A DNA stretch of 64,000 bases from an archaeon (GTDB taxonomy: Archaea; Nanobdellota; Nanobdellia; Woesearchaeales; GW2011-AR9), in contig JABHSG010000003.1 of NCBI GenBank assembly GCA_018697095.1, forward strand, positions 285,505 to 349,504, read 5' to 3'. Positions 20,257 through 30,837 of the stretch are shown here, one piece after another (positions within the stretch are counted from its first letter, which is position 1; each line of letters begins with the position of its first letter). The translations under genes and the position numbers were made by a program. The notes beneath the pieces were generated by a model. That model was not told the DNA's origin, did no database searches, and saw only the letters and a list, made by a program, of their open reading frames with translations.

Positions 20257-20272
20257 AATAATTCCAATTATT

Positions 20273-20330
20273 TCTTACAATGTAAACTTTGTTTACATGT
20301 ACAAGTGAGTTAGTTCACTTTGTATTTGTC
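20273..20330. repeat. bipartite palindromic element, copy A
   Basis: Same core as 41127..41182; lies between the ABC ATPase stop (20315) and permease start (20256), overlapping the last codons of the ATPase gene. Confidence 0.85.
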
Positions 20331-21274
20331 AATTTTACAAATATATCTTCAAGTCTTGTTTGCCGCATTTCAATTTTTTCAACAGGCAAATCAATAATAC
20401 GTTTCAAAAATTTCTTATAATCAAAATCTCCTTTTGGTACTCGCACAATAAGCTCCTTGCCACGTGCTTCAACTGGGTAACCAAATTGCTCAGAAGACAA
20501 TTTTTTAATTGCAGAAGATAAAGTCACTACAATCTCTTGTGATCCAAAATCCTTCATAATCTTGTCTTTAGAATCAAGAGCTATAATTTTCCCATTATTG
20601 ATAATGGCAATTCGTGAACAAAGCTGCTGTGCTTCTTCAATGTAATGTGTTGTCAAAAAAATAGTTTTCCCAGCAAGATTCAACTTACGTACATATTCCC
20701 AAATGCTACGTCTGGATTCCACGTCAACGCCTGCTGTTGGTTCATCAAGTATCAATATGTCAGGGTTATGTAAAAGAGCACGTGCAATCATCAGTTTACG
20801 TTTCATTCCACCACTTAGCTGCATCACTTTCGCATCTCGCTTGGACCATAAACCAAGTTCATGAAGTAAACTATCAACTCGAGCAATTCTAGCAGTTCCA
20901 CTCAATCCAAAATAGCCAGCGTTAAAAAGTAAAACCTGGCGAACTTTCTCAAATTTGTCCATGTTAAGTTCTTGGGGAACAAGCCCAATACGCGATCGCG
21001 CCAATTTATAATCAGATTCAACATCAGATCCAAAAACACGAACTTCGCCTGAAGTCTTATTCACAAGTCCACAAAGTGACCCAATAGTACTAGATTTTCC
21101 TGCCCCATTAGGTCCAAGTAGCGCAAAGAATTCTCCAGGCATTATGTCTAAACTAATTCCACTCACTGCACTTAATTTCCCATACTTCTTAACTAAATTC
21201 TTAATATGAATAGCTGGTACAACCTTACTAGCATCATCTTTTTTTACAGAAATAACCTTCTCCTCTTTCCCCAT
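20315..21274 (-). CDS. ABC transporter ATP-binding protein; start set at internal Met (MGKEEK)
   Basis: Walker A GPNGAGKSS, ABC signature LSGGMKRKL, Walker B ILILDEPT. Confidence 0.9.
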   Translation of the reverse strand: MGKEEKVISVKKDDASKVVPAIHIKNLVKKYGKLSAVSGISLDIMPGEFFALLGPNGAGKSSTIGSLCGLVNKTSGEVRVFGSDVESDYKLARSRIGLVPQELNMDKFEKVRQVLLFNAGYFGLSGTARIARVDSLLHELGLWSKRDAKVMQLSGGMKRKLMIARALLHNPDILILDEPTAGVDVESRRSIWEYVRKLNLAGKTIFLTTHYIEEAQQLCSRIAIINNGKIIALDSKDKIMKDFGSQEIVVTLSSAIKKLSSEQFGYPVEARGKELIVRVPKGDFDYKKFLKRIIDLPVEKIEMRQTRLEDIFVKLTNTK

Positions 21275-21378
21275 GAAAAGAAAAACCATCACTCGTCTTG
21301 ATAAAGCTTTTGATCCTGTGACCTGTAGCAGCAAGAAAATAACAATAAGATCTACTAAAAAATGAATTAAATTTTTTC

Positions 21379-21891
21379 TTAATATATCATATCTGGTAAT
21401 AATAATCTCTTATCTTCTACTTTCACTTGTCCACCTAATTGCTCAAAAGCAGATTCCAAAGCTAAATTAATGTAAGCTCTGCCCCAGTTCAGGTATCCTA
21501 CTGCCTGTGAATGGGAATCAACATTATTTTGCCTATATCCAAAAAGAAATCCTTCTTTGCCAGGCGGTCCAATTAAACCAACTTTTTCCCAGGGTATTTT
21601 AGAACAATAATTGTATGGCACAGATATGTGCTCACTGCCTACCTGTCCTGGAATAAAATCAATCCCATTCCCACCACCTAAATTCAAAACATTAGCAAAT
21701 CCATTTGCTAGATAACGAAGAGTTGGGCTTCCACCTCTTCCAAATGCTTCTCTATAAGCTTGGATCACCAGGTCTTTTGGAACTTCAATATCTGCTCGAA
21801 GTAGCATTGCAGGAATTGGCACCAGTACCACTGATTCTCCTTCAGGAACAAACAGTTCTGATTCTGTAAACAATAATTCTTCTAATTCCAC
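21379..21891 (-). CDS. hypothetical protein
   Basis: 170-aa ORF; no family recognised. Confidence 0.45.
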   Translation of the reverse strand: MELEELLFTESELFVPEGESVVLVPIPAMLLRADIEVPKDLVIQAYREAFGRGGSPTLRYLANGFANVLNLGGGNGIDFIPGQVGSEHISVPYNYCSKIPWEKVGLIGPPGKEGFLFGYRQNNVDSHSQAVGYLNWGRAYINLALESAFEQLGGQVKVEDKRLLLPDMIY

Positions 21892-21961
21892 AAACTAAAC
21901 CAAAAGCAAGAGTACAAAAAAGTTATTGTCTTCAAAAGATAAGGAAACAAAAAAAATAAAG

Positions 21962-22089
21962 TGCGAGGGACGTGATTTGAACACGCGTACCCACTAAGGG
22001 ACAGCCCGTTTGAATCGAAGATTCAAAACTCAAAAGCTTTGCTCTTCGTTGCCTCAAGGCTGCGGATTTGACCACTCTCCCACCCTCGC
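21962..22089 (-). tRNA. tRNA-Leu (anticodon GAG), type II with long variable arm and ~44-nt intron
   Basis: Reverse complement folds as: acceptor GCGAGGG/CCCUCGC; D arm GGA-GAGUGGUCAAA-UCC; anticodon stem CAGCC...GGCUG with loop UUGAGG interrupted after position 37; variable hairpin CCCUUAGUGGG; T arm GCGUG-UUCAAAU-CACGU; discriminator A. Confidence 0.75.
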
Positions 22090-22115
22090 ATAAAGATAAA
22101 ATCACAAATGCTTCT

Positions 22116-22123
22116 TTAAAAAT
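22116..22123 (-). promoter_or_regulatory. TATA-like box upstream of tRNA-Leu
   Basis: TTTTTAAA on the minus strand about 27-34 nt upstream of tRNA position 1. Confidence 0.4.
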
Positions 22124-22138
22124 CTTGCTCATAACAAT

Positions 22139-22744
22139 TCAAATTCTCTTAAGTCCAGCTAAGTCTTCTGCGATATGTCTAGCAGTTTCTTCAAGTTCAC
22201 TTTCTAAATTATCTACATTACTATATTCTATTTCAGAATCGCTAACATCAAAGGTATTAGCCACTTTCATTCTCTTTTCAACAAAAGATAAATCACTTCC
22301 TCTTTTGAGCATCCTCTCCCTCAACACATCTTCACCTGGATTATTAATCAAAATAGGTAAAATCAAATTAGTATCATATCCATTTGAACTAGCATAATTA
22401 AACAAATCTACAACTGCACTTGGAACAAGTACCATGATTTTTGGCAGCCCAGAACTACTTGCAAAAGCAAAATCAAGGTACTCTTTTTTTGTACAATAGC
22501 TAGCCAAAGAAAATTCCTTGAACCATGCAAAAGCACCAGAAAATTTCAAAGTTTCAAATTCTTTAGAACTAATAAACTCATAATCACAATACATATTTTT
22601 AGAATCAATAATGTCATCAAAACGAGGTTTACGAGTAGTAGTACTTAGAATATAACGCAGCCCATACTTCTCAATCAATATCTGTGCAATACTACTTTTC
22701 CCAGTTCCAGAAGTCCCAGTGATCGTAATAATTTTTGGTATCAT
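22139..22744 (-). CDS. guanylate-kinase-like P-loop kinase
   Basis: P-loop ITGTSGTGKSS and STTTRKPR...YEFISSKEF, matching the GMP-kinase S.TTR.PR / Y.F motif. Confidence 0.6.
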   Translation of the reverse strand: MIPKIITITGTSGTGKSSIAQILIEKYGLRYILSTTTRKPRFDDIIDSKNMYCDYEFISSKEFETLKFSGAFAWFKEFSLASYCTKKEYLDFAFASSSGLPKIMVLVPSAVVDLFNYASSNGYDTNLILPILINNPGEDVLRERMLKRGSDLSFVEKRMKVANTFDVSDSEIEYSNVDNLESELEETARHIAEDLAGLKRI

Positions 22745-22751
22745 AATATAC

Positions 22752-23444
22752 TTACACTACTATCCCAAAAACAAATCCAACTAAGTAACCAAGAAGTCCA
22801 GCGCCCATTCCAACTACTACCATCTCAAGGCCAGAGCGTAGCCAGTCCCTATGGCTCACAGCTGATTTTCCAACACCAACTAAAAATAATGTTACAATTG
22901 TCAAACAAGCGCTAACAACCATCATAGAAAAGTTAGCTCCAAAAAAAAAGGGTACGATTGGAAATAACGAACCAATTCCAAAAGCCAAAAACATTACAGT
23001 AGCATCATGAAATGGGTTATTTGCAGCGCTTGGATTCAAACACATTTTTTTTTGAATATAATTAATTGCAAAAGTTTTTGAGTTATGCTTCAAAAAATGT
23101 CTCATCATCACATCAATTTCATTTTTATCAAACATCTCTTGTTTCAAAAATTTCCTCATTTCACTTCCAGCTTTTTTAGGTTTGGAGCGAACAAGTTTCT
23201 CAGCACGCGCAATTTCTGCTTGGTAAACTTCTTTTACAGATTTAGAAGAAAGATAAGACCCAGCTGCCATAGAAAGTGCTCCAGCAAACATTGAAGCCAT
23301 TCCTGCAAGTAAAACCGCAGAACGTGAACCTGTAGCAATATAAACAGCAAACACAATTCCAAAGTTAGATACAAGTCCATCTTCCATCCCAAATACGAGT
23401 TCACGCATAAAATTTCGAAGTCCTTGCATTGCTTTTTCTTTCAT
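22752..23444 (-). CDS. VIT1/CCC1-family (iron/manganese transporter-like) membrane protein
   Basis: MEDGLVSNFGIVFAV motif and the VIT-family TM topology. Confidence 0.65.
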   Translation of the reverse strand: MKEKAMQGLRNFMRELVFGMEDGLVSNFGIVFAVYIATGSRSAVLLAGMASMFAGALSMAAGSYLSSKSVKEVYQAEIARAEKLVRSKPKKAGSEMRKFLKQEMFDKNEIDVMMRHFLKHNSKTFAINYIQKKMCLNPSAANNPFHDATVMFLAFGIGSLFPIVPFFFGANFSMMVVSACLTIVTLFLVGVGKSAVSHRDWLRSGLEMVVVGMGAGLLGYLVGFVFGIVV

Positions 23445-23461
23445 TTACAATTCACCAACAC

Positions 23462-23734
23462 TTATTCAACTAAAACAACCGTGCAACTGTTCTCAATACA
23501 TTTAGCCTTTGCAAATCCGCAATCAAGAGTTCCTTCTTCGCAACTAGCAGTACATAAAACTCCTTGGCAATCAGGTGCGTTATCACGATTAACACTTTCA
23601 GTACTATGACAACAAGACGCTGCAATACAATCATTGTCTTCAGTGCAATAATTTTCAGAAATAGTAGTGCTACAAGAAACAATAAATAATAAACTAAAAA
23701 TTAATAAAACTCCAATCAATATTTTTTTCATCAT
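23462..23734 (-). CDS. small secreted Cys-rich protein
   Basis: Start at MMKKILIGVLLIFSLLFIVSC (signal peptide); mature part holds 12 Cys in about 70 aa. Confidence 0.5.
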   Translation of the reverse strand: MMKKILIGVLLIFSLLFIVSCSTTISENYCTEDNDCIAASCCHSTESVNRDNAPDCQGVLCTASCEEGTLDCGFAKAKCIENSCTVVLVE

Positions 23735-23768
23735 CACACCTCTCAAATAATAATATTTTTTCAAACAA

Positions 23769-25076
23769 CTAATTATCAGGACTAAATTTTTCACTATACG
23801 CTAACTTACTACTTATCTCTCCACGCAAATTTAAAGCAAGCATCTTCTTAGCCTCAGGAGCACTGTAATTTCCTAGGAGCCACATAAGTTTCATAAAAGC
23901 AGTTTCAGAAAACATATCACTACAAAACACAACTCCAATCTTACCTAAACGTCTAGTATTTGAATAAATATGTTCATGTACAGTTCCATATAAACAACTT
24001 GAAGTAATGCCAACCACGCCTCCATTATCAATAAAACGCTTAAGTGCAAGATAATTTCCTTCGTTTGCAGCGCTGTTTGTTGGTGCATGACCAATTCCTG
24101 TTCCTTCAAGTATCATACCTTTGTATCCACTATCAGTGTAATAATCAAACACTGATGATTTCATCCCAGTATAAGTTTTAACAAGTGCAACCTCACTGCT
24201 AAGCCCACCTTTCAATTCTAATTCTTCTTTAACACTATCAGCTTTAACATAATCATTATCTAATATTTCAACTTCTCCACTAGGATATAAAACCCGAGCA
24301 ACAATTTTAGAATTAATTGCCTTAAACGCATCCCGGCGGCTTGTGTGCATTTTACGTGTTTTTGTTCCAGGTAAAATTACGCAACTTGTATCATCACTAT
24401 TTTCATGCATGCACAAATAAACTCCAGCAGCATCACTTGAAGCAATAAATTTAGCAGCGCAAATAAGATTCATGGCAGCATCCGAGCTACCCCGATCAGA
24501 ACTACGTTGCGAACCAACAAATACTACTGGGATGTTTAAGTTTTTAATCATAAATGAAATTACTGCAGAACTCATTGATAATGTATCAGTTCCATGACCA
24601 ATAATTATCCCTTTAACGCCTTTACTAGCTTCCGCGCAAATAGCATCTGCAAGAACACCATATTCATGTGGGCTCATATCTTCACTCATCATGTTAAAAA
24701 TGGTTTTACTTTCAATATTACAAAATTCAGCTAATTCAGGAACCATCTCAACCAGGTCATTTGCAGAAATTTTTGCAACTACCCCTCCTGTTTTATAATC
24801 AATTTTTGAAGCGATAGTTCCTCCAGTATGCAAAATAGCAATTGTTGGAAGTTTAGAGTTTTTTGAAACTACATTTTCTTCTTTAGGTGCGTGTTTTGCT
24901 TTTGACAATAATTCGACTTTCAAAACATCACAATTCTCAAAACCAACATTGTACCCATTATCTAATTTAATCATAATTATATCTGAGTCAGTACTTGGCA
25001 TTAAACGTCCCTCTTCACTGTGATCCTTCAAAACCACGCTCACGCGATCTCCAACATCTACTTTGCCAAATTCCAT
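23769..25076 (-). CDS. gatD: Glu-tRNA(Gln) amidotransferase subunit D (GatD)
   Basis: Asparaginase-like domain with HTGGTIAS; N-terminal GatD-specific domain; ~435 aa; archaea-specific enzyme. Confidence 0.85.
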   Translation of the reverse strand: MEFGKVDVGDRVSVVLKDHSEEGRLMPSTDSDIIMIKLDNGYNVGFENCDVLKVELLSKAKHAPKEENVVSKNSKLPTIAILHTGGTIASKIDYKTGGVVAKISANDLVEMVPELAEFCNIESKTIFNMMSEDMSPHEYGVLADAICAEASKGVKGIIIGHGTDTLSMSSAVISFMIKNLNIPVVFVGSQRSSDRGSSDAAMNLICAAKFIASSDAAGVYLCMHENSDDTSCVILPGTKTRKMHTSRRDAFKAINSKIVARVLYPSGEVEILDNDYVKADSVKEELELKGGLSSEVALVKTYTGMKSSVFDYYTDSGYKGMILEGTGIGHAPTNSAANEGNYLALKRFIDNGGVVGITSSCLYGTVHEHIYSNTRRLGKIGVVFCSDMFSETAFMKLMWLLGNYSAPEAKKMLALNLRGEISSKLAYSEKFSPDN

Positions 25077-25262
25077 AATACTAATGGCCAGAAGAAACAA
25101 CTATTTATAGCTTATGATAAGTCCTTGAATCTAAACTTCGCACCAAAATATGCTCCAAAATCTTTATATACCTCTCAAAGCAAAAACGCAGCAGACCAAA
25201 CTAGTATAAATCAATAATCGTCAAATATACATGAAACAACAAAATAATACATAACAACAAAG

Positions 25263-26753
25263 GTGGAAAAAATGCAAGAACAAACAAATACATTTCACAG
25301 TAAATTAACTCATCCAGAATCTAAAATTGATTTCAAAGTAAGAGATCTATCTTTAGCAAGTTGGGGAAGAAAAGAACTTGATATTGCTCAAAAAGAAATG
25401 CCAGGACTTATGGCTCTTCGTGAAAAATATGGCCAAAGCAAACCTCTAGCTGGCGCAAAAATCATGGGTTCACTTCACATGACCATCCAAACTGGTGTTT
25501 TAATTGAAACCTTAACCCAATTAGGTGCAGATGTACGTTGGGTTTCTTGTAACATCTTTTCAACTCAAGATCACGCAGCAGCAGCTGCAGTTGTTGGGCC
25601 TAGTGGAGATGAAAAATCAAGCAATTTTCAAGGAGTCCCTGTTTTCGCATGGAAAGGAGAATCACTTGAAGAGTACTGGCATTGCACTATGACTTCCTTA
25701 AGGTGGCCTGATGGATCTGGTCCAGATTTGATTGTTGATGATGGTGGTGATGCAACACTTTTCATTCACCGTGGTGCACAAGCAAAGTTAACTCCACAAA
25801 TTCTTGATAACGATGAAGGTAATGAAGAACTGGCGCAAGTAAACAAACACATCAAAGAAGTCATGGCAATTGATCCAGATTATTTCACCACTACTTTAAA
25901 CAAAATGAAAGGAGTAAGTGAAGAAACAACTACTGGAGTTCACAGACTTTACCAAATGATGGAAAAAGGAGAATTAAAAATCCCAGCAATCAATGTGAAC
26001 GATTGTGTAACTAAATCCAAATTCGATAATCTTTACGGTTGCCGAGAATCACTTGTTGACGGAATTAAACGCGCAACTGATGTAATGCTTGCTGGTAAAG
26101 TAGCTGTTGTGGCTGGTTATGGCGATGTTGGTAAAGGCTGCGTACAATCTTTGAAAGGTTACGGTTGCCGTGTTATTGTTACTGAAATCGATCCAATTAA
26201 TGCTCTTCAAGCAGTTATGGAAGGTTTTGAAGTTATGCCAATGGACAAAGCAGCTCCTCAAGCAGACATTTTTGTAACAACTACTGGTAACAAAGATATT
26301 ATTGTTGATAGACATTTTTTGGCAATGAAAGATCAAGCAATTGTATCTAACATTGGTCATTTTGATAACGAAATTGATATGCATTGGTTAAACAATAGTT
26401 CTGGCTCTTCCAGAATGGAGATTAAACCTCAGTATGATAAATACACTTTTTCAAACGGCAAAGAAATTTATGTTCTTGCTGAAGGAAGATTAGTGAACTT
26501 AGGTTGCGCGACCGGGCACCCTAGTTTTGTTATGAGTGCATCTTTTACAAATCAGGTTCTAGCACAAATCGAACTTTGGACCAAGCCTCATGAGGTTGGA
26601 GTTACTGTACTTCCTAAGATTCTTGATGAAGAAGTTGCAAGATTGCACCTAAGTAAACTTGGAATACAATTAGAAGTACTTAGTGATGATCAAGCAAAAT
26701 ATCTAGGAATTCCAAAAGAAGGCCCATACAAAGCAGAACACTACAGGTATTAA
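25263..26753 (+). CDS. ahcY: S-adenosyl-L-homocysteine hydrolase
   Basis: NAD-binding [14 protein letters not shown]; strong overall AhcY features; 496 aa. Confidence 0.95.
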   Translation: MEKMQEQTNTFHSKLTHPESKIDFKVRDLSLASWGRKELDIAQKEMPGLMALREKYGQSKPLAGAKIMGSLHMTIQTGVLIETLTQLGADVRWVSCNIFSTQDHAAAAAVVGPSGDEKSSNFQGVPVFAWKGESLEEYWHCTMTSLRWPDGSGPDLIVDDGGDATLFIHRGAQAKLTPQILDNDEGNEELAQVNKHIKEVMAIDPDYFTTTLNKMKGVSEETTTGVHRLYQMMEKGELKIPAINVNDCVTKSKFDNLYGCRESLVDGIKRATDVMLAGKVAVVAGYGDVGKGCVQSLKGYGCRVIVTEIDPINALQAVMEGFEVMPMDKAAPQADIFVTTTGNKDIIVDRHFLAMKDQAIVSNIGHFDNEIDMHWLNNSSGSSRMEIKPQYDKYTFSNGKEIYVLAEGRLVNLGCATGHPSFVMSASFTNQVLAQIELWTKPHEVGVTVLPKILDEEVARLHLSKLGIQLEVLSDDQAKYLGIPKEGPYKAEHYRY

Positions 26754-26819
26754 GTAAATCACCAAACTACCAAAACACCAAACTTATTTTTATTTTTTAA
26801 TTATTTTTTCTTCCAATCT

Positions 26820-27947
26820 CTACAACTTATACTCTCTACCTTTCCATTCTACTTTAGAAAATACAGAGTAAAAAAAAGAGTGAAGTCCAACAACATAAAA
26901 TAAAGTTATCTGCACTGGGTAAAATATAATATTAAACCAAAAATCTTCTCCTGCCAAACGCCAAAAGATCAATTGCTGCAATACAACCCAAAAAGTCAAT
27001 GGTAAAAACATCAAAGAAAAAAATGGCCCAATATATGCTAATAAAGAAATGATGAAAATAACTGTATATAAAAACAAAAAGACAGACCAATGCACTTTTG
27101 TTGCAGTGAATGTATTTTTAGAAAAACCCATAAATGATTCTTTTAAACTCCGATACATTCTACAATTAATTACTTCTTTAGCAGTCCCAATTAAAATGTT
27201 GAATCCTTTTTTTTTAAATTCAATAGCAAGTTGTGCATCATCAAGTATCGCTGATCTAACGCATTCATGCCCCCCTACACTAAAGTATGCTTTTTTAGTA
27301 ACTAAAACGCATTGTCCTTGTGCAACTGCAAAAAATGAACTATTATCATTATTTGTCAGCCATAACGGAAGAAAAGACAAGAGCCCCCAATTTACTAAAG
27401 GAACTAATAATCTCTCACCAAAACTGATCTTTATCTGCTGCGTAAAAAAACTCATTAAATCAACATTTTCTTTTATCTTTGCAGCTAGTAATTTTAGCAA
27501 AGCATTTTTTGTAACAAAAACATCAGCATCTAAAAATAAGTATAATTCTCCAGTTGCATGTTTTGCTCCTTGGTGCAATGCCCACTGTTTTCCCATCCAT
27601 CCATCTGGTAATTTTTTCCCTTTGATCAAACGAACTTTATTCCTTTGAGCATGTGGGCCAATAATAGATTGGCATAACTCATATGTATCATCAGTAGAAT
27701 TATCATCAACTAAAATAACTTCAAAATTAGGATAATTTAAATTCAATATTTTTGGTAATGTTTGAATTATATTATGCGCTTCATTACGCATTGGAACCAT
27801 TATTGTAACTTTTGGCAATGAATCAAGTTTTTTCAAATTAGATATAGGATATTTAGACAAAACTGGTGTTGAAAACAAATTCCATAAAGGAATAAAAAGT
27901 AAAAGTTCAGCAGCAATAATTGAAGCTGTTAAAATAAATTGTGACAT
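26820..27947 (-). CDS. family 2 glycosyltransferase with TM segments (Dol-P-sugar-synthase-like)
   Basis: IMVPMRNEAHNI...ILVDDNSTDDT GT-A fold motifs; paralog of the adjacent gene. Confidence 0.8.
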   Translation of the reverse strand: MSQFILTASIIAAELLLFIPLWNLFSTPVLSKYPISNLKKLDSLPKVTIMVPMRNEAHNIIQTLPKILNLNYPNFEVILVDDNSTDDTYELCQSIIGPHAQRNKVRLIKGKKLPDGWMGKQWALHQGAKHATGELYLFLDADVFVTKNALLKLLAAKIKENVDLMSFFTQQIKISFGERLLVPLVNWGLLSFLPLWLTNNDNSSFFAVAQGQCVLVTKKAYFSVGGHECVRSAILDDAQLAIEFKKKGFNILIGTAKEVINCRMYRSLKESFMGFSKNTFTATKVHWSVFLFLYTVIFIISLLAYIGPFFSLMFLPLTFWVVLQQLIFWRLAGEDFWFNIIFYPVQITLFYVVGLHSFFYSVFSKVEWKGREYKL

Positions 27948-27977
27948 AAGTGCTCAAATTAGCATTTCATTATAAAC

Positions 27978-29450
27978 CTAATCTCTGCGCTTGAAACTAG
28001 ATTTCATGGACGCTACTTTCCGTTTAGCTTTTTTTGTCGCATTTTTTGCTTTTTGTTTAGCTCCATTTTTTGCACTAGAAAATTTAACTAAAGCAGCCTC
28101 CTTGGCCTCATGAACATACTCAGATACGCTCTCAGAAACCTGGCTTGCTTTTTCTTGCACTTCATGCATTCGACTAAGTAGGTGCTTTCTAAGCTTCCAT
28201 GAACCCAATTTGCGTGCTAATTCAGAACTGATATTAAGTTTAGAACGTAGAACTGACAAATCCCAACGCACAGAGATACTATCATCTCCAAGTACATATG
28301 CGCGCCCTTTCCATTCCACAGAACCAAAATGACTTTTCACAAAAGAAATTAATGCTAAACTAGGAAATACAATTAAAACAAGTGGAAATAGCAAGATACT
28401 CCAAAACAGATTCTCTCTAGAGGTGACAGAAATAATTGTTCTTTGCAACAATAGTGCAATCCCAAGTGGCAAAATCCAACTCCATATAAACATTCCAAAA
28501 AAGCCAACGATATAAATTCCAAAAACAATGGTAAATGAAGCAGCATAAAGTAGTGGGTGCATTTTTGCCCCTCTGAAAATACTTTTGATGAATCCCAATG
28601 CCCCACTTTTGAAATCATGATACATTCTGCAAGAAACAAGTTTTTCTCCAAAACAAATCCCATAATCAAAATTCACTTTTTTAACCATTCGGGCCATAGA
28701 TACATCATCTACTATTTCGTGGCGAATAGCTTTATGTCCACCAATTTTATCATAACAAGAGCGTTTAATAAGAATACATTGTCCATTGGCTACTGCAGTC
28801 TTTTTCCATTTTTTGGATCCAATAAGTATCACTGGCATAAATGCAAAAACGCCCCAACTAATAATTGGAACAGTCAATTTTTCTCCAATACTTTTCATAA
28901 TTTGTTTTGGAAAACAGCTAAGCATACAAAGTGAGCGATTTTTCATCTCATATACTAAACTTCTAACTGCGCCTTTATCTACATAAACATCAGCATCAAA
29001 AAACAAATACAACTCTCCACTGGCCAATTTTGATGTTTGCCAAAGTGCCCATGATTTTCCCATCCACCCGCGAGGAAGTGTCTTGCCAGAAACAACTTTA
29101 GCTTTACTCTCAGCATTATATTCTTTAATCAACTTTTTACAAACCTTGTAAGTGTTATCATCACTATGGTCATCAATTAAAATAATCTCTAAGTTAGGGT
29201 AATCTTGTGATAAAAATTTAGGTAAAGTCTTAATCAGATTGTGAGCTTCATTACGCATAGGGATCATCAAACTAACCTTTGGAAGGTACAAGTCACCAAA
29301 GTTTCCAGCAGACCCTTGACTTCTGTCAAATATTTTTTTTAAATCCTTCAAAGAAATCTTTTGCAACCTATGCAAAGTAAAAAAATTAAGTACAGGAATT
29401 ACCAAGAACAAAACTCCAACAATAAAACTTATCCAAAAAAGCCATTCCAT
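27978..29450 (-). CDS. family 2 glycosyltransferase with TM segments and Lys-rich C-terminal extension
   Basis: LMIPMRNEAHNL...ILIDDHSDDNT; tandem paralog of 26820..27947. Confidence 0.8.
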   Translation of the reverse strand: MEWLFWISFIVGVLFLVIPVLNFFTLHRLQKISLKDLKKIFDRSQGSAGNFGDLYLPKVSLMIPMRNEAHNLIKTLPKFLSQDYPNLEIILIDDHSDDNTYKVCKKLIKEYNAESKAKVVSGKTLPRGWMGKSWALWQTSKLASGELYLFFDADVYVDKGAVRSLVYEMKNRSLCMLSCFPKQIMKSIGEKLTVPIISWGVFAFMPVILIGSKKWKKTAVANGQCILIKRSCYDKIGGHKAIRHEIVDDVSMARMVKKVNFDYGICFGEKLVSCRMYHDFKSGALGFIKSIFRGAKMHPLLYAASFTIVFGIYIVGFFGMFIWSWILPLGIALLLQRTIISVTSRENLFWSILLFPLVLIVFPSLALISFVKSHFGSVEWKGRAYVLGDDSISVRWDLSVLRSKLNISSELARKLGSWKLRKHLLSRMHEVQEKASQVSESVSEYVHEAKEAALVKFSSAKNGAKQKAKNATKKAKRKVASMKSSFKRRD

Positions 29451-29539
29451 AAAAAAATATTGATAAACCCATCTAAAAAGCTTTCTAATTTTCTAATTCT
29501 ATCAAAATCCTTTTAAAAAAGAGTGAATAAAACGCATAA

Positions 29540-30778
29540 ATGAAACTTAGATCACTTGCACCAATAATGTTTTTTCTTTCTACTGCGCCAACTTATGCTT
29601 CACCAGGTACCAGTCTAGAGCAAATAGAATCAAATGATCAAATTTTAGAAGGCCTCCCAATACCTTGCCAAAACTATCTTGAGCGAGCAAGACAAATAAC
29701 TGGCAGCGAAGATTTAATTGTACTTGATGAAGGGAGGCAACATGAAGTTGCGTTAGTTGACAGAAGTACTTATTCAACAACTCCAACAGCTTCAACAACT
29801 CCAAACTCACTTGAGCAAGCATTTCTTTGTACAATAAATTATGAAAATAACAATAATGCTTCAACTACAAATTCTCTCTCAACAACTATCGATTACTCTT
29901 CAACGACTCTTGCATACTTTTGGGATCACACGCAAAACAGCCAAAGTAAGCGTCACACATTAAGAGCAAATACTGAACTCTCTTTAAAAGACGGACAAAT
30001 AAGCCAAGAACTTGAGTTAAAAAAGATTTTACCTACAGTCCCTGAAATATCAGTTCTTTTATATCAAAGAACAATAACAAAACTGCGCAGCACCCCTAGT
30101 GATGGGTCGGGAAATACTTCTGGAAATAGCTCCGCAGGTCACACTTTTGATTTTGAAATCACCTCTGACATTATGTGTAGTAATGGGAGTGGTATGATCA
30201 TTGGCGAATATCAAACTGACCAAGTTGGGAGAATAAAAAATACGGATTTTTTAATTGGTTGTCCAAAAAGAACTGGTCCAGATCCAAATGGGCCAAGAAT
30301 GCAAAGAGTAAATCTTGATTTTTTATATTTTGATGGATACCAACAAAATACAGGCGCGGCAACTAATACTAGTCTAGTAGCAAAAGTTAGAGAACAAGTT
30401 TTCGAAGTTCGAAATATTCCAACAAAAATCAATCTTCCAGGCAGAGACAATGGTCCAACTCCAACTAAAGTATGTATCACGCAACACATATTTACTTATG
30501 CTGCTGCCGCAGTACCTGGTTCTGAAATCAATGGTCAATTTGAAACTCCAAATATCCCTTGCCAAGATACAGTTACCTCTTCAGGAAATAGAAGTGGTAG
30601 CAGTGAATCTTTATCTGCAAGTGATGTCTGGGGAACATTTGTAGAAGGTCGCACAAGTAGACAAACAGAACTTTCAATTATCATTAAAACATTTGGATCA
30701 CAAACTGGTCACCTCACCGGTCGCTTCACCGATATTCCAACTGGAGTGCCACTGGTCATTGACACCCTTTCTGATTAA
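29540..30778 (+). CDS. secreted Ser/Thr-rich protein of unknown function
   Basis: Signal peptide MKLRSLAPIMFFLSTAPTYASPG; 412 aa; no family recognised. Confidence 0.5.
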   Translation: MKLRSLAPIMFFLSTAPTYASPGTSLEQIESNDQILEGLPIPCQNYLERARQITGSEDLIVLDEGRQHEVALVDRSTYSTTPTASTTPNSLEQAFLCTINYENNNNASTTNSLSTTIDYSSTTLAYFWDHTQNSQSKRHTLRANTELSLKDGQISQELELKKILPTVPEISVLLYQRTITKLRSTPSDGSGNTSGNSSAGHTFDFEITSDIMCSNGSGMIIGEYQTDQVGRIKNTDFLIGCPKRTGPDPNGPRMQRVNLDFLYFDGYQQNTGAATNTSLVAKVREQVFEVRNIPTKINLPGRDNGPTPTKVCITQHIFTYAAAAVPGSEINGQFETPNIPCQDTVTSSGNRSGSSESLSASDVWGTFVEGRTSRQTELSIIIKTFGSQTGHLTGRFTDIPTGVPLVIDTLSD

Positions 30779-30837
30779 AAAAACAAAACACACCAAAAAA
30801 CACAATCCTTATATTATACTAAAATCAAAACCCAGCA

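Noticed and set aside
21932-22132. 66-aa ORF on the minus strand
   Set aside because: Entirely overlaps the intron-containing tRNA-Leu. Its translation merely reads through the tRNA and intron, so it is not a credible CDS.
23769-25100. Expected adjacent gatE next to gatD
   Set aside because: No GatE-like ORF is in the window. Separated gatD/gatE loci occur in some archaea, so this is not treated as anomalous.
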